From NCBI GenBank assembly GCA_965287045.1, contig OZ336899.1, positions 14,074,001 to 14,138,000 on the forward strand: a stretch of 64,000 nt of DNA, written 5' to 3'. The position numbers and the translations under genes were made by a program. This DNA comes from Carcharhinus amblyrhynchos. Lineage: Eukaryota. This document shows, one piece after another, positions 60,331 through 64,000 of the stretch. The notes under the pieces are model-generated. The model worked only from the letters and a program-made list of their open reading frames with translations. It was not told the origin of the DNA and made no database searches. Each line of letters begins with the position of its first letter. Position 1 is the first letter of the stretch.

Positions 60331-63190
60331 CTGCCCCATCTCTTTCCCCACACTCCCTGCCCCTCACTCTCCCTGCCCTCTCCCCCGCCCCTCACTCTTT
60401 CTGCCCCCTCTCCCTGCCCCCCACTCTCCCTGCCCCCTTCTCCCTGCCTCTCACACTCTCTGCCCACTCTCCCTGTCCCTCACTCTCCCTGCCCCTCACT
60501 CTGCCCACTCCTCCGCCCCTCACTCTTTCTGCCCCCTCTCCCTGCCCCCCACTCTCCCTGCCCCTCACTCTCTCTACCCTCTCTCCCTGTCCCTCACTCT
60601 TTCTGCCCCCTCTCCCTGCCCCCCACTCTCCCTGTCCCTCACTCTCCCTGCCCCTCACTCTGCCCACTCCTCCGCCCCTCACTCTTTCTGCCCCCTCTCC
60701 CTGCCCCCCACTCTCCCTGCCCCTCACTCTCTCTACCCTCTCTCCCTGTCCCTCACTCTTTCTGCCCCCTCTCCCTGCCCCCCACTCTCCCTGCCCCTCA
60801 CTCTCCCTGCCCCTCACTCTCTCTGCCCACTCTCCCTGTCCCTCACTCTCCCTGCCCCCTCTCCCTGCCCCTCACTCTCCCTGTCCCTCACTCTCCCTGC
60901 CCCCTCTCCCTGCCCCCCACTCTCCCTGTCCCTCACTCTCCCTGCCCCTCACTCTCTCTGCCCACTCTCCCTGTCCCTCACTCTCCCTGCCCCCTCTCCC
61001 TGCCCTCCACTCTCCCTATCCCTCACTCTCCCTGCCCCCCACTCTCCCTGCCCCTCTCCCTGCCCCCCACTCTCCCTGCCCCCTCTCCCTGCCCCTCACT
61101 CTCTCTGCCCACTCTCCCTGTCCCTCACTCTCCCTGCCCCCTCTCCCTGCCCCACACTCTCCCTGCCCCTCACTCTCCCTGCCTCTCACTCTCCCTGCCC
61201 CTCACTCTCTCTGCCCACTCTTCCTGTCCCTCACTCTCCCTGCCCACTCTCCCTGTCCCTCACTCTCCCTGCCCCTCACTCTCCCTGCCCCCCTCTCCCT
61301 GCCCCTCACTCTCCCTGCCCCCCACTCTCCCTGCCCCCTCTCCCTGCCCCCCACTCTCCCTGCCCCTCACTCTCCCTGCCCCCCACTCTCCCTGCCCCTC
61401 ACTCTCCCTGCCCCCCTCTCCCTGCCCCCCACTCTCCCTGCCCCCCTCTCCCTGCCCCTCACTCTCCCTGCCCCTCACTCTCCCTGCCCCTCACTCTCCC
61501 TGCCCCCCTCTCCCTGCCCCTCACTCTCCCTGCCCCTCACTCTCCCTGCCCCCTCTCCCTGCCCCTCACTCTCCCTGCCCCCCTCTCCCTGCCCCTCACT
61601 CTCCCTGCCCCCCTCTCCCTGCCCCCCACTCTCCCTGCCCCTCACTCTCCCTGCCCCTCACTCTCCCTGCCCCTCACTCTCCCTGCCCCCTACTCTCCCT
61701 GCCCCCCACTCTCCCTGCCCCTCACTCTCCCTGCCCCTCACTCTCCCGGCCCCTCACTCTCCCTGCCCCTCACTCTCCCTGCCCCCCACTCTCCCTGCCC
61801 CCTACTCTCCCTGCCCCCTCTCCCTGCCCCTCACTCTCCCTGCCCCTCACTCTCTCTGCCCACTCTTCCTGTCCCCTCTCCCTGTCCCTCACTCTCCCTG
61901 TCCCTCACTCTCCCTGCCCCTCACTCTCCCTGCCCCCCACTCTCCCTGCCCTCCACTCTCCCTGCCCTCCACTCTCCCTGCCCCTCACTCTCCCTGCCCC
62001 TCACTCTCCCTGCCCCTCACTCTCTCTGCCCACTCTTCCTGTCCCCTCTCCCTGTCCCTCACTCTCCCTGTCCCTCACTCTCCCTGCCCCTCACTCTCCC
62101 TGCCCCCCTCTCCCTGCCCCTCACTCTCCCTGCCCCTCACTCTCCCTGCCCCTCACTCTCCCTGCCCCTCACTCTCCCTGCCCCCTCTCCCTGCCCCTCA
62201 CTCTCCCTGCCCCCTCTCCCTGCCCCCCACTCTCCCTGCCCCTCACTCTCCCTGCCCCTCACTCTCCCTGCCCCCCTCTCCCTGCTCCCCACTCTCCCTG
62301 CCCCTCACTCTCCCTGCCCCCCTCTCCCTGCCCCCCTCTCCCTGCCCCTCACTCTCCCTGCCCCTCACTCTCCCTGCCCCTCACTCTCCCTGCCCCTCAC
62401 TCTCCCTGCCCCTCACTCTCCCTGCCCCTCACTCTCCCTGCCCCTCACTCTCCCTGCCCCCCACTCTCCCTGCCCCCTCTCCCTGTCCCTCACTCTCCCT
62501 GTCCTTCACTCTCCCTGCCCCCCACTCTCCCTGCCCCCTCTCCCTGTCCCTCACTCTCCCTGTCCTTCACTCTCCCTGCCCCCCTCTCCCTGCCCCTCAC
62601 TCTCCCTGCCCCTCACTCTCCCTGCCCCCCACTCTCCCTGCCCCCTCTCCCTGCCCCTCACTCTCCCTGCCCCTCACTCTCCCTGCCCCCTCTCCCTGCC
62701 CCCCACTCTCCCTGCCCCCCTCTCCCTGCCCCTCACTCTCCCTGCCCCTCACTCTCCCTGCCCCCCTCTCCCTGCCCCCCACTCTCCCTGCCCCCCTCTC
62801 CCTGCCCCTCACTCTCCCTGCCCCTCACTCTCCCTGCCCCTCACTCTCCCTGCCCCTCACTCTCCCTGCCCCTCACTCTCCCTGCCCCTCACTCTCCCTG
62901 CCCCCCACTCTCCCTGCCCCCTCTCCCTGCCCCCTACTCTCCCTGCCCCCTCTCCCTGCCCCCTACTCTCCCTGCCCCCTCTCCCTGCCCCCCACTCTCC
63001 CTGCCCCTCACTCTCCCTGCCCCTCACTCTCCCTGCCCCCTCTCCCTGCCCCCCACTCTCCCTGCCCTCCACTCTCCCTGCCCCTCACTCTCCCTGCCCC
63101 TCACTCTCCCTGCCCCTCACTCTCCCTGCCCCCCCCTCTCCCTGCCCCTCACTCTCCCTGCCCCTCACTCTCCCTGCCCCCTCCCTCTCT
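60330..63190. repeat. ~2.9-kb C-rich minisatellite, 17-bp unit cccctcactctccctgc with 14-15-bp variants
   Basis: Direct periodicity; 159-bp higher-order duplication near 60510/60670; no stops in the three + frames. Confidence 0.97.
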
Positions 63191-64000
63191 CTGCTCCATC
63201 TCCCTGTCCACTCTCTGCTTCCTTCTCTCTTGGATTCAGCGACGGGAGTGGAAAATATCGCAAAAAGGCCAAAGTTGCACATGATGTGAATGTTGTGGTC
63301 GTGGTGGCCTTCGCCCCTCCCCGTTGCCAGGGTGCGCTTGACAACGTTCAGCCTCAGGAACATTATTTAAATTTATTAACGTACTATTATCCTGAATCAC
63401 CCACCCCGCCAGAAAATTCAACCATGCCAGTGGGACCGCAGAACGGCGTGAAACCTGACTGGTCTCCCAAAATGTGCACTTATCAAGCTCACCTCCTGGG
63501 GTGCTCAGGGGAATGCAGCGCTCGAGGTGACAGAGAGGGGGCCTGGGTGGGATTGTGGTCAGTGCAGGCTCGATGGGCCAAATGGCCTCCTTCTGTACTG
63601 TGGGGATTCTATGAAAGGTAAGGGACCAGAGGGTAAAGTGAAGCTCAATTCAGGGTTAAACTGGAGGGCAGTGCCAGAGTATTGCCAGGCTCAGTGCCGG
63701 GAGAGTATAAGGGCGGTTCCAGGATGAACTCCTTTGTGCTGGGGTGGTCTTTAGAAATGGTGGCCCAATCCTTGAGTTGCTGGTGGGGTGGGCAAATCCG
63801 AGACTGCCCCGCCAACGATATGCTGTGGGACCTGTTTGTTTAAGATTTTTCCTCAAAATCCAGGACTATATAGTGAAGAAATCCAATGTTGCTGTCAGCG
63901 GCTTTAATGCCGGATTTCCCAGCTACCATCGACCTTTGCCAACTTCTGGGAAAAATTTCAACGAGAGAAGAAAAATGAGGAATGAAAAACAGAGAGTGAA

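Noticed and set aside
59775-63621. Three overlapping >1000-aa Pro/Ser/Leu-rich ORFs
   Set aside because: All three frames are open only because the C/T-rich 17-bp unit cannot form stops; no domain, and antisense to the host gene
23517-64000. Upstream CAMTA TIG/CG-1 exons
   Set aside because: Manual scanning found no VVFEYK/HDWLSL or CG-1 coding sequence; they probably lie beyond the window, although a short exon could have been missed

Overview
Vertebrate genomic DNA, very probably from a shark (inferred from the repeat repertoire: HE1/V-SINE-type SINEs, SacSINE1/DeuSINE-like SINEs, CR1 LINEs, Penelope remnants). The window lies inside one minus-strand gene, a calmodulin-binding transcription activator (closest to CAMTA1; CAMTA2 orthology not excluded). 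Ten in-phase coding exons with GT-AG boundaries can be read between 23516 and 1253 (post-TIG helix, ankyrin repeats, linker, IQ motifs). They include a 21-nt LTWIALK microexon and two short exons absent from the ORF track. I found no CG-1/TIG exons or terminal exons, so 23517-64000 appears to be part of one intron of more than 40 kb. That intron holds candidate internal first exons (notably ATG-MTSEVQ, which would splice in frame to give a CAMTA without the DNA-binding domain), a ~240-bp near-perfect inverted duplication, a U2-snRNA-derived double-hairpin element, and 38-bp, 69-bp and 17-bp minisatellites. Palindromic Penelope remnants with hammerhead-ribozyme cores occur at several places in the gene. 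Almost all long ORFs in the track are repeat artefacts. Repeat boundaries are approximate and family names come from recall of consensus sequences, not from a database search.
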